Positions 24,942 through 35,135 of a stretch of DNA of 64,000 nucleotides are shown here, piece by piece. Under the pieces are notes generated by a model. That model was not told the origin of the DNA, ran no database searches, and saw only the letters and a list, made by a program, of their open reading frames with translations. How positions within the stretch are numbered: position 1 is the stretch's first letter; every line of letters starts with the position of its first letter. Source of the stretch: Eledone cirrhosa (lineage: Eukaryota); the NCBI GenBank assembly GCA_964016885.1, contig OZ024756.1, forward strand, positions 8,308,001-8,372,000, in the 5' to 3' direction. A program made the translations under genes and the position numbers.

Positions 24942-27490
24942 ACCAGTTTACAGTGAGGACTGGGTGCTATTTGTTGTCACCTACATGACCACTTTACAGT
25001 GTGGACTGGGTGCTATTTGTTGTCACCTACATGACCACTTTACAGTGCGGACTGGGTGCTATTTGTTGTCACCTACATGACCAGTTTACAGTGTGGACTG
25101 GGTGCTATTTGTTGTCACCTACATGACCACTTTACAGTGTGGACTGGGTGCTACTTGTTGTCACCTACATGACCACTTTACAGTGTGGACTGGGTGCTAT
25201 TTGTTGTCACCTACATGACCAGTTTACAGTGAGGACTGGGTGCTATTTGTTGTCACCTACGTGACTACTTTACAGTGTGGACTGGGTGCTACTTGTTGTC
25301 ACCTACATGACCAGTTTACAGTGTGGACTGGGTGCTATTTGTTGTCACCTACATGACCAGTTTACAATGAGGACTGGGTGCTATTTGTTGTCACCTACAT
25401 GACCTGTTTACAGTGTGGACTGGGTGCTATTTGTTGTCACCTACACGACCAGTTTACAGTGAGGACTGGGTGCTATTTGTTGTCACCTACATGACCAGTT
25501 TACAGTGTGGACTGGGTGCTATTTGTTGTCACCTACATGACCAGTTTACAGCGTGGACTGGGTGCTATTTGTTGTCACCTACATGACCACTTTACAGTGT
25601 GGACTGGGTGCTATTTGTTGTCACCTACACGACCAGTTTACAGTGAGGACTGGGTGCTATTTGTTGTCACCTACATGACCAGTTTACAGTGAGGACTGGG
25701 TGCTATTTGTTGTCACCTACATGACCAGTTTACAGTGAGGACTGGGTGCTATTTGTTGTCACCTACATGACCACTTTACAGTGTGGACTGGGTGCTACTT
25801 GTTGTCACCTACATGACCACTTTACAGTGTGGACTGGGTGCTATTTGTTGTCACCTACATGACCAGTTTACAGTGAGGACTGGGTGCTATTTGTTGTCAC
25901 CTACATGACTACTTTACAGTGTGGACTGGGTGCTACTTGTTGTCACCTACATGACCACTTTACAGTGTGGACTGGGTGCTATTTGTTGTCACCTACATGA
26001 CCAGTTTACAGTGAGGACTGGGTGTTATTTGTTGTCACCTACATGACCACTTTACAGTGTGGACTGGGTGCTATTTGTTGTCACCTACACGACCAGTTTA
26101 CAGTGAGGACTGGGTGCTATTTGTTGTCACCTACATGACCAGTTTACAGTGTGGACTGGGTGCTATTTGTTGTCACCTACATGACCAGTTTACAGTGAGG
26201 ACTGGGTGCTATTTGTTGTCACCTACATGACTACTTTACAGTGAGGACTGGGTGCTATTTGTTGTTACCTACATGACCAGTTTACAGTGTGGACTGGGTG
26301 CTATTTGTTGTCACCTACACGACCAGTTTACAGTGAGGACTGGGTGCTATTTGTTGTCACCTACATGACCAGTTTACAGTGTGGACTGGGTGCTATTTGT
26401 TGCCACCTACACGACCAGTTTACAGTGAGGACTGGGTGCTATTTGTTGTCACCTACATGACCAGTTTACAGTGTGGACTGGGTGCTATTTGTTGTCACCT
26501 ACATGACCAGTTTACAGTGAGGACTGGGTGCTATTTGTTGTCACCTACATGACTACTTTACAGTGAGGACTGGGTGCTATTTGTTGTTACCTACATGACC
26601 AGTTTACAGTGTGGACTGGGTGCTACTTGTTGTCACCTACACGACCAGTTTACAGTGAGGACTGGGTGCTATTTGTTGTCACCTACATGACCAGTTTACA
26701 GTGTGGACTGGGTGCTATTTGTTGTCACCTACACGACCAGTTTACAGTGAGGACTGGGTGCTATTTGTTGTCACCTACACGACCAGTTTACAGTGAGGAC
26801 TGGGTGCTATTTGTTGTCACCTACATGACCAGTTTACAGTGTGGACTGGGTGCTATTTGTTGTCACCTACACGACCAGTTTACAGTGAGGACTGGGTGCT
26901 ATTTGTTGTCACCTACACGACCAGTTTACAGTGAGGACTGGGTGCTATTTGTTGTCACCTACATGACCAGTTTACAGTGAGGACTGGGTGCTATTTGCTG
27001 TCACCTACATGACCAGTTTACAGTGAGGACTGGGTGCTATTTGTTGTCACCTACATGACCAGTTTACAGTGTGGACTGGGTACTTTTTGTCATGACACCT
27101 ACATGACCACTTTACAGTGTGGACTGGGTGCTACTTGTTGTCACCTACACGACCACTTTACAGTGTGGACCGGGTGCTACTTGTTGTCACCTACATGACC
27201 ACTTTACAGTGTGGACTGGGTGCTATTTGTTGTCACCTACATGACCACTTTACAGTGTGGACTGGGTGCTATTTGTTGTCACCTACATGACCAGTTTACA
27301 GTGTGGACTGGGTGCTATTTGTTGTCACCTACATGACTACTTTACAGTGTGGACTGGGTGCTATTTGTTGTCACCTACATGACCAGTTTACAGTGTGGAC
27401 TGGGTGCTATTTGTTGTCACCTACATGACTACTTTACAGTGTGGACTGGGTGCTATTTGTTGTCACCTACATGACCAGTTTACAATGTTG
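24942..27490. repeat. 46-bp tandem satellite, right block (about 55 copies)
   Basis: The same unit resumes in register right after the LINE tail. Confidence 0.97.
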
Positions 27491-27720
27491 ATTCACAGGT
27501 CTATGTCGACTCTTTTCAGTATATTTCTTTTTACCAGAGACATTTCATCTTGATATGATTAACTTCAATAACAATCCGCAGGTTTGGTTTTGCACAAGTG
27601 CCACCACCACCACCACCACCACCATCATCATCACCATAATCATCATCATCACCATAATCATCATCATCATTTAACGCCCACTTTCCCTGCTAGGGTTGTA
27701 ATGATAATTTTGTGATATGA

Positions 27721-28144
27721 TAACTTAAGGTTTCATTAAATATGTCCTGAAGCAAGACCCCTAATCACATCAAACTTAAGGTTTCATTATAAATATGTCC
27801 TGAAGCAAGACCCCTAATCACATCAAACTTAAGGTTTCATTATAAATATGTCCTGAAGCAAGACCCCTAATCACATCAAACTTAAGGTTTCATTATAAAT
27901 ATGTCCTGAAGCAAGACCCCTAATCACACCAAACTTAAGGTTTCATTATAAATATGTCCTGAAGCAAGACCCCTAATCACATCAAACTTAAGGTTTCATT
28001 ATAAATATGTCCTGACGAAGACCCCTAATCACATCAAACTTAAGGTTTCATTATAAATATGTCTAGAAGCAAGACCCCTAATCACATCAAACTTAAGGTT
28101 TCATTATAAATATGTCTAGAAGCAAGACCCCTAATCACATCAAA
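27721..28144. repeat. 53-bp minisatellite, about 8 copies (AAACTTAAGGTTTCATTATAAATATGTCCTGAAGCAAGACCCCTAATCACATC)
   Basis: Direct periodicity. Confidence 0.92.
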
Positions 28145-28174
28145 TGGCCTTGAAAATTTTTGTTCTTTAGCTGC

Positions 28175-28460
28175 AAACCTAGTGGTAAGGGTGTTGGATT
28201 TAAGATCATAATGTCGTGAGTTCAATTCCTGGGCCGGGCTGTACATTGTGTTCTTGAGCAAAACACTTCATCACACTGCTCTAGTACACTCAGCTGAAAA
28301 TGAGTACCAGTAATAAGTGAGTGGAGGTTAGATTTGTGATGGACAGTTGCCCTGTGCAGTGGGGTATCTTGTACCCTCATTTTCTTAATGCTATTGAAAC
28401 TGGGATAAACACTGGCCTGCTGAACCTTTTGGATTACAACAGACGTTGACCCTGTAATGA
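28175..28460 (+). mobile_element. Degenerate tRNA-derived SINE, family 2 (CORE-like GTGTYCTTGRGCAARACACTT)
   Basis: A-box-like TAGTGGTAAG and B-box-like GAGTTCAATTCC. Related copies at 48170-48296 (-), 39600-39667 (-) and 42520-42600 (+). Confidence 0.6.
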
Positions 28461-28682
28461 ACTGGTATCCTGTCCAGGGGAGAGCCTCCAGACTTGGTAC
28501 AAACTATTACTTGCAGCCACTTAACGCTGGAATTGGAATGAGCACCAGCCTGAGGAGACCCTGGGCTTGCGACAGACTTATGGTTATCTGAATTAGAGGA
28601 ACAAAGCTGAGTAATTGTATTGCGTCCACTGAGTAGGGGACATAACTCTGCTTGCTATTACCTTGCTAAAAATTGTTTCATT

Positions 28683-29190
28683 AAATAATTGATTCTACTT
28701 TTGGCACAAGGCCAGCAATTATCCAGTGTATTACTGGTACTTTGAATAAATAATTGTTTCTACTTTTGGCACAAGGCCAGCAATTATCCAGTGTATTACT
28801 GGTACTTTGAATAAATAATTGTTTCTACTTTTGGCACAAGGCCACCAATTACTCCAGTGTATTACTGGTACTTTATTTATCAACCCCGTAAGGATGAAAG
28901 GCAAAGTTAACCTCGGCAGGATTTGAACTCAGATCATACAGGGAGGTAACTTTATGCTTCAAAGCATGGCGTCCGACCCTCTACCGATACTGCCAATTTG
29001 ACAATATGAAGGGAAAGGGAAAGTTGATTAAATCGACCCTAGTGTGTTACTGGTACTTTATCTTAGAGACCCCAGAAGGATGAAAGGCAAAGTTGACCAT
29101 GATGGGATTTGTATTCAGAACGTGAAGGGGAGTAACTAAATGACCCAAAGCCTTTTGTTCGATGCTCTAACGATTCTGTTAATCAGCTGC
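28683..29190 (-). mobile_element. Two tRNA-derived SINE copies, family 1; the 3' end of the first is triplicated (about 64-bp units, 28683-28870)
   Basis: Reverse complement of the element at 61883-62074, with B box GAGTTCAAATCC and body GCCTTTCATCCTTACGGGGT. Confidence 0.75.
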
Positions 29191-29338
29191 TAATTTTATC
29201 AGTTTTAATAATTAATCTTTAGTGTGTTCTAGGTGCCTTATGTCACCGATAGAGTAATCTCCTCTTGATACATAATACAGTGTCATGCGAAGCAATTCAT
29301 AAAATAATTCAGGAGGCTAAAGATTAATCTCTACTTAC

Positions 29339-29843
29339 GTTCAGTTTGTGAGACATCAACAGACTCTAGTTCAGCTTTCGTTGAGTCATCGATAGGACTT
29401 TGATTTTCTATAATCACTTCAGTGGTCACTGTCGTAGAATCCACAACATCATTGTTGGCCAAATCTTCATCAGTTGCTGCCGTCGTCTCTAGTTTCTCCT
29501 GCGACTGCGGTGGCTGGCTGTCATCAGCATCAGTGCTTGATTCAACATTATTCACCAGAACATCCTCTGACGTTTCTTCGTTTTCTCGTAACTCTTTGTT
29601 CTCACCATCAACTATGACAGTCTCAGCAAAACTGACAGAAACTTCACCACTTTTCTGTTTGGTATTTGTCACTTGTTCATCAGTAATGTCGTCCTGTGTG
29701 TCAGCTTCTTCTTTTGTTACAGGAATTTCCTGCAACTCCAGCTTCAACTCGTCTTCTTCGTGTACAGAAGCCACCCGTTTCTGTTGCTCAACCTCCTTCT
29801 TCCTCTTTTCAGCTGCTTCCATTGTTTTACGAGCAAATTTTAT
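29339..29843 (-). CDS. RALBP1: RALBP1 coding exon 10 (IKFARKTMEAAEKRKKE..., acidic low-complexity region)
   Basis: AG acceptor after a polypyrimidine tract at 29844-29845, phase 0 continuing from exon 9, open frame, GTAAGT donor at 29338-29333. Confidence 0.8.
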
Positions 29844-29961
29844 CTGAATAAAAAAAAAAATGGAGGTAAAAATAAATTCTTTTTAAATTAAATTTAGGAT
29901 TGTTGTTGTTGAGCTCAGCTCTGATCATGGAAATCTATGGACAAAAGTGTTTCAGTAAACT

Positions 29962-30077
29962 TGGTGCATTTTATCATGGCATCAGAACTACCACATTACT
30001 GCATGTGATGGGTGCATTTTATCATGGCATCAGAACTACCACATTACTGCATGTGATGGGTGCATTTTATCATGGCA
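29962..30077. repeat. Short 48-bp repeat (about 2.3 copies) related to the RTE 3' UTR-derived satellites
   Basis: GGGTGCATTTTATCATGGCA...ACCACATTAC resembles the units at 62140-62540 and 54228-58352. Confidence 0.65.
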
Positions 30078-30242
30078 CGTGTTGAATGGGACTTCTGCAC
30101 CCTCACAAGGTGTTTGTCAACTTGCCCAAAGTACCATATAGTAGGATCAAACCAGAAAGCATGTGGCTGTGAAGTGAACTCCTTAATTAAGCACATAGCC
30201 ATATTTACACCTGTAATTTGTCTAATATATGGACAAACTTAC

Positions 30243-30444
30243 CTTTCTCTTTAACTGTGTCACAACTCGCTGAACTTCCCACAACTGCTCGTTTTTCGAC
30301 GTATCTTCCACCCCAGCGTTTAACTCTTCATGTAGTTGGTTCAATAAAGATTCTTGTTTAGCAAGTTCTTCCTCTAAGGCCGAAAGGTTGTCGGGGAGTT
30401 CAAGAGACCATCGAGATGTGGCTGGTTTTAATGGTGGAATATAT
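30243..30444 (-). CDS. RALBP1: RALBP1 coding exon 9, Ral-binding helices (YIPPLKP...ELPDNLSALEEELAKQESLLNQLHEELNAG...QLWEVQRVVTQLKRK)
   Basis: Manual translation matches the RLIP76 Ral-binding motif LWEVQRxxTxLKRK. AG/GT boundaries, 202 nt, phase consistent. Confidence 0.93.
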
Positions 30445-30654
30445 CTGCAACAGAAAATATAATGTATCCACTCAAATATAAGCTGGCACCTCCTCGCCCC
30501 CGCCCCCTATTTATAAGCCGAGGCAGCAAATCAACACATTGTTTAGATAGCATAAACCCCCACCACCATCGATCCTTTAGTAACAGATTCGTTGGTATAC
30601 ATAACGATGATTTCTCAATCAAGAAAAAACAAGGCATTTGCTTATAATAGTGGG

Positions 30655-30975
30655 AGATGGGGAGGGTGGGAGTTTGGTTCCTCTGTGTTTGGAGCTGGGG
30701 TATTTGAGAAGTGGGGAGGGCAGAAGGGATGGAGGCAGGGGGAGTTTGGTTCCTCTGTGTTTGGAGCTGGGGTATTTGAGAGGTGCGGAGGGCAGAAGGG
30801 ATGGAGGCAGTGGGAGTTTGGTTCCTCTGTGTTTGGAGCTAGGGTTTTTGAGAGGTGGGGAGGGCAGAAGGGATGGAGGCAGTGGGAGTTTGGTTCCTCT
30901 GTGTTTGGAGCTGGGGTTTTTGAGAGGTGGGGAGGGCAGAAGGGATGGAGGCAGTGGGAGTTTGGTTCCTCTGTG
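30655..30975. repeat. 72-bp G-rich minisatellite, about 4 copies
   Basis: Direct periodicity (24-aa repeat in the ORF track). Confidence 0.9.
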
Positions 30976-31082
30976 GACCTAGTGTATATTGTGTGTGTAA
31001 TTTTACACTATTAAAATAAAGAAGATACCGTGAGAGTTGTATCATTGTAAGTTATAAGTGTTGTTAGAAACACCTGTTAAAA

Positions 31083-31290
31083 AGGCCAACAATTGGGGGG
31101 GGGGGGGGAGAGGCAAGTGAATTAAATCAACCCCAGTCCATTACTGGTACCTTATTTCATCAACCCCCATAAGGATGAAAGACAAAGCTAATCTTGGGGG
31201 TATTTGAACTCAGAACGTAAAGGGTTGTAACTCTATGCTGCAAAGCATGATGTCCGACACTCTACCAATCACTGGCAATCCACTGCCTTT
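31083..31290 (-). mobile_element. SINE family 1 copy
   Basis: Shares ACCCCAGT...ACTGGTAC and AAGGATGAAAG...TTTGAACTCAGAA with the other copies. Confidence 0.7.
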
Positions 31291-31328
31291 ATAACAGAAC
31301 AAGGTAAAAAAATGTGAGAAATTCTTAC

Positions 31329-31459
31329 TTTTTTATAGAAGTATCATTAAAAAGTTCCTTGACATTTGAGAAGAAGACATTGAGAACTCTATGGCTGATT
31401 TGCATGGTAGGACTCAACACAATGGAGACATTCTGAAGACTCATCTTGTTTTCGTTTTG
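31329..31459 (-). CDS. RALBP1: RALBP1 coding exon 8, end of RhoGAP (QNENKMSLQNVSIVLSPTMQISHRVLNVFFSNVKELFNDTSIK)
   Basis: Matches the NKMxxxNxSIVLSPT RhoGAP motif. AG/GT boundaries, 131 nt. Confidence 0.93.
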
Positions 31460-31959
31460 CTAACAAACAGAAAGTAGGAAGAAATAAAACTAAACAATCA
31501 AATATACAGGTATTCCATAAATAAAATACAATAAAAGAATATACAGGTAATTAGAATGTCTCAGAAAAGAATTGCTGGACAGATTTTACAGGCAAAACCA
31601 ACTGGCAGGAGACCCAGGGGTAGACCCTGAGCTAGATGGTTGGATAACATCCATGAGCTTGGCTGGTCATGCTTGAGGGTTCAGCCAGATCAGTTGGAGA
31701 CAGTTGCTTCTGACAGGACCCGCTGGAAGGAGTATTTGAGGGCTCTGTCTCCACGACCCTCTCAGGAATAAGTAGGCAAAGAAGAAGATACAATAAAATT
31801 GGGTGGATGTGGGGATAAACACCAAAACTTGCTACAACAGCAGGTAGTAAGATCACCTTGTCCTCATTCTTAGTGCAAGCTTTCAAAAGTGGAGTTTATT
31901 TTTATTTTTTTAAATAAAAAGCGTATAAAAAAACATTATTTATGGAATGTCCCAATATA

Positions 31960-32255
31960 TCATCATCATCATCAACACTTTTACATCCGTTAGGGTCTTT
32001 TCAGCATAGCATCTCGCCACTCACATTGACTCCAACACATAGCCCATCACCCCTGGTCATCTGTGACATTCAACATTCTTAGATCAGATCTTATCACCTC
32101 TACCCAAGACTTCCTCACCCCACCTCTGCCCAGGACTTCCTCACCCTACCTCTGCCCAGGACTTCCTCAACTCTCCTCTACCACATCTTCCTTCCACTGG
32201 ACACTTCTTCATCCAAAAATCATCATCCATACAAATCACATGTCCAAACCAACAC
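31960..32255 (-). pseudogene. Old RTE-like 3' remnant
   Basis: Minus-strand reading WFGHV..MDDDFWMKKC..EGRCGRG..RKSW, followed by an ATG/GAT-type tail. Confidence 0.6.
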
Positions 32256-32469
32256 AGAAGATTAAGATTGTTAAGTAATGTTCTAAACATCAACTTATTA
32301 ATGAGAAAGTTAGTTTATCAAATTTCTCCCAATTTATCTTTTTTACTATTTTCAAAATTAATTGAAAAAACATGTAGACAGTGTATTTCATTGGAAATAT
32401 GGCAACAAAACAGTTATATCGTTAGATAACTGGCTAACATATGGCCCAAGGGTTAGGTGTGTAAACAGT

Positions 32470-33108
32470 TTAACCTGTTGACTGCTGAGTATATTTTACA
32501 CAGCTACAGTTGCTGTGTACTCGGTTTTTTTTTCAGTAAAATGACTATTTTTTTAAACAAACATTTATTAACAACACTTATCTGAATGATTGACAAACAT
32601 CACATCAATAAACTAGTAACGCCATCTAGCTGTGAAGTTATAAGACGAGTTATCTCGTCTATGGTACTGAATAATGTCCCTGTTAGGACGAGTTATCTCA
32701 TCTATGGCACTGAATAATGTCCCTGTTAGGACGAGTTATCTCATCTATGGCACTGAATAATGTCTACTTTCCCTGTTAGGACAAGTTATCTCATCTATGG
32801 TACTGAATAATGTCTACTTTCCCTGTTAGGACGAGTTATCTCATCTATGGTACTGAATAATGTCTACTTTCCCTGTTAGGACAAGTTATCTCATCTATGG
32901 CACTGAATAATGTCTACTTTCCCTGTTAGGACAAGTTATCTCATCTATGGTACTGAATAATGTCTACTTTCCCTGTTAGGACAAGTTATCTCATCTATGG
33001 TACTGAATAATGTCTACTTTCCCTGTTAGGACGAGTTATCTCATCTATGGTACTGAATAATGTCCCTGTTAGGACGAGTTATCTCGTCTATGGTACTGAA
33101 GAGGTTAA
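32470..33108 (+). mobile_element. TTAA-flanked non-autonomous DNA element, family A (piggyBac-like), with an internal 42/50-bp tandem array at about 32645-33100
   Basis: TTAA-CCT...AGG-TTAA ends. Its left end is the reverse complement of 45430-45506. Confidence 0.7.
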
Positions 33109-33131
33109 AAGAAAGTTCCTGATATACATAC

Positions 33132-33250
33132 CCTTTTGATGATGTGGGTCATGTGAACTATCATCCAAGACAACAACAATCTATTACAGTTGGGTAATAA
33201 GTCGATCAACATCCGGAACTGATCAATACATTTACAGTGGGTTTTTATGG
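33132..33250 (-). CDS. RALBP1: RALBP1 coding exon 7 (TIKTHCKCIDQFRMLIDLLPNCNRLLLSWMIVHMTHIIKR)
   Basis: Matches LPxCNxLLxSWxIVHM of RLIP76. AG/GT boundaries, 119 nt. Confidence 0.93.
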
Positions 33251-33554
33251 CTGAAAATTAAATAAATATAATCTAAGTCAATCAATATCCAGAACTGATC
33301 AATACATTAGAGTAGGTTTTTATGGTCAAAATCAAAAGAATTTAATTAAAAATTTTAAATAGAAATAAAAATAAAAAGAAGAGGAAAAAACATGTTAATA
33401 CTATTTTAAAGGAAATCATCATCATGATCATGTTTAGAGGCAAAGTTTGAAATAAAAATATAAAGCTTTGTTATAACATTTGACTAAATAACATCTTAAT
33501 ATTTTATTGTTGGGTTATTGCAGTATTAACACTTGGGTACTTTATATTGTTGGG

Positions 33555-34560
33555 GGTGTTCAGGTGCAAGTGTCCACAGGATACTAGTTCCTTCTATTGC
33601 CCAGATGGCTCTATAGAAATAGTGGACACCTTCCGTTACCTGGGTGACAAAATCAGCAGTGGTGGAGGGTGCTCTGAAAGTACAGTAGCCAGAGTCAGAA
33701 CGGGATGGAAAAAGTTCAGAGAGCTTATACAACTATTGGCCGCTAAAGGTTTCTCTCTAAAAATGAAAGGCAGACTGTATGATGCCTGCATACGAACAGC
33801 AATGTTACATGACAGTGAGACATGGGCATTGTGTGCAGAGGATCTGCGCAGACTGGAGAGGAACGAAGCATGCATACTCCGTTGAATGTGTAATATATGT
33901 GAACAGCAAAGTATAAATGAAGTAAGTGGGAAATTAGGAATAAGAGGGATCAGATGTTGCTTACTCAAGAGAGGACTACGCTGGTATGGTCACGCGATGC
34001 GCATGAAAGACGACAGCGATATAAAACAATGCAGGGCGATCAAAATTGATGGAAGTTACGGAGTAGGTAGACCCAGGAAAACCTGGGACAATTTGATAAA
34101 TTCCGACCTTACACACTTACACCTCTCCAAGACAATGTCACTGGACAGAGAACTTTGGCGCTACACAGTAATACAGAAGACCAGACTTGCCTATGTACAA
34201 AGCGAAACCTACAGTCAGTAGGCACCTCTTAACCAAATATACACCCCAATACCACTACCCCCACCAACACCACCCTTTCTCTGTAAAGTTATGTTGGTAT
34301 CACAACATCCACTCCAAAATAAATGAGGTCATGTAGGTGTCACGACAAAAAAACATCCAGTAACACGGTAAAAAGCTCCCAGTCCACACTGTAAACGTGG
34401 TTGGTGTTAGGAAGGGCATCCAGCCGTAGAACACCTGCCAGACAGCCCTATACGAGCGAGACATGGTCACCCGACCAATCTTGCCTCACGTGGGACAATT
34501 CCCATCTAAACCCTTGCTAGCGTGGAAGATAGACGTTAAATGTTGATGATGATGATGAGG
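33555..34560 (+). mobile_element. 5'-truncated, decayed copy of the same RTE family (C-terminal ORF, 3' UTR, GAT tail)
   Basis: Peptide near-identical to the intact copy (IEIVDTFRYLGDKISSGGGCSESTVARVRTGWKKFREL), a TGG>TGA stop at 33883-33885, and a homologous 3' UTR. Confidence 0.92.
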
Positions 34561-35135
34561 TGGTGATGAAATTTTGGTATTATTTATTTTGAGAAAAATA
34601 CCTTAACATAAGTATGAGTGGCTAGTTACAGCTGGTTTGAACAGAAAAAGGTGAGAGAATCCTGGCCAGATACGGCTGGTTTAAATGCTAAAGGGTTAAT
34701 GATATTTGAAACTGATGACCAAGGACAGCAAGCTTTGAAACAATAGACAGCTATCATCATCACCATCATTAGTAGTAGTAATAGAAGCAAGCAACACTAA
34801 TTTCTTACACTAATACATCATCATCACATCTCTATTTTCCAATAGGTTAGACAAGTTGTCATGCTCTGAGACAGGGGAGAGAGAGAGAAGGAGTGAGACA
34901 GGGATACAGAGAAAGAATCACCCATCCACACCAATACAAGATTGATGATTTGTGTTTATTTATGGAACCATAACTCCTGATGGAGCGCCATAGCGACATA
35001 TGGCATTTCTTGGGTATTTTAAACCTAGCAGAGAATATTCCCTTTCCAGGTCTGAATATAGCCAATTTCTTCTAGGAGGAGAGAAAGAGGGGAAAAGACA
35101 GAGAGAGTGATAAAGAGGAAGTGAGAGTGGGATAT

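Noticed and set aside
129-26980. Dozens of short ORFs such as MDWVLFVVTY and MRTGCYLLSPT
   Set aside because: Frame-rotating translations of the 46-bp satellite.
1-27490. CRISPR-like appearance of the regular repeats
   Set aside because: Units are head-to-tail with no unique spacers, there are no cas genes, and the context is a spliced eukaryotic gene.
27491-27600. Candidate next RALBP1 exon
   Set aside because: No clear acceptor and no similarity to the RLIP76 C-terminus.
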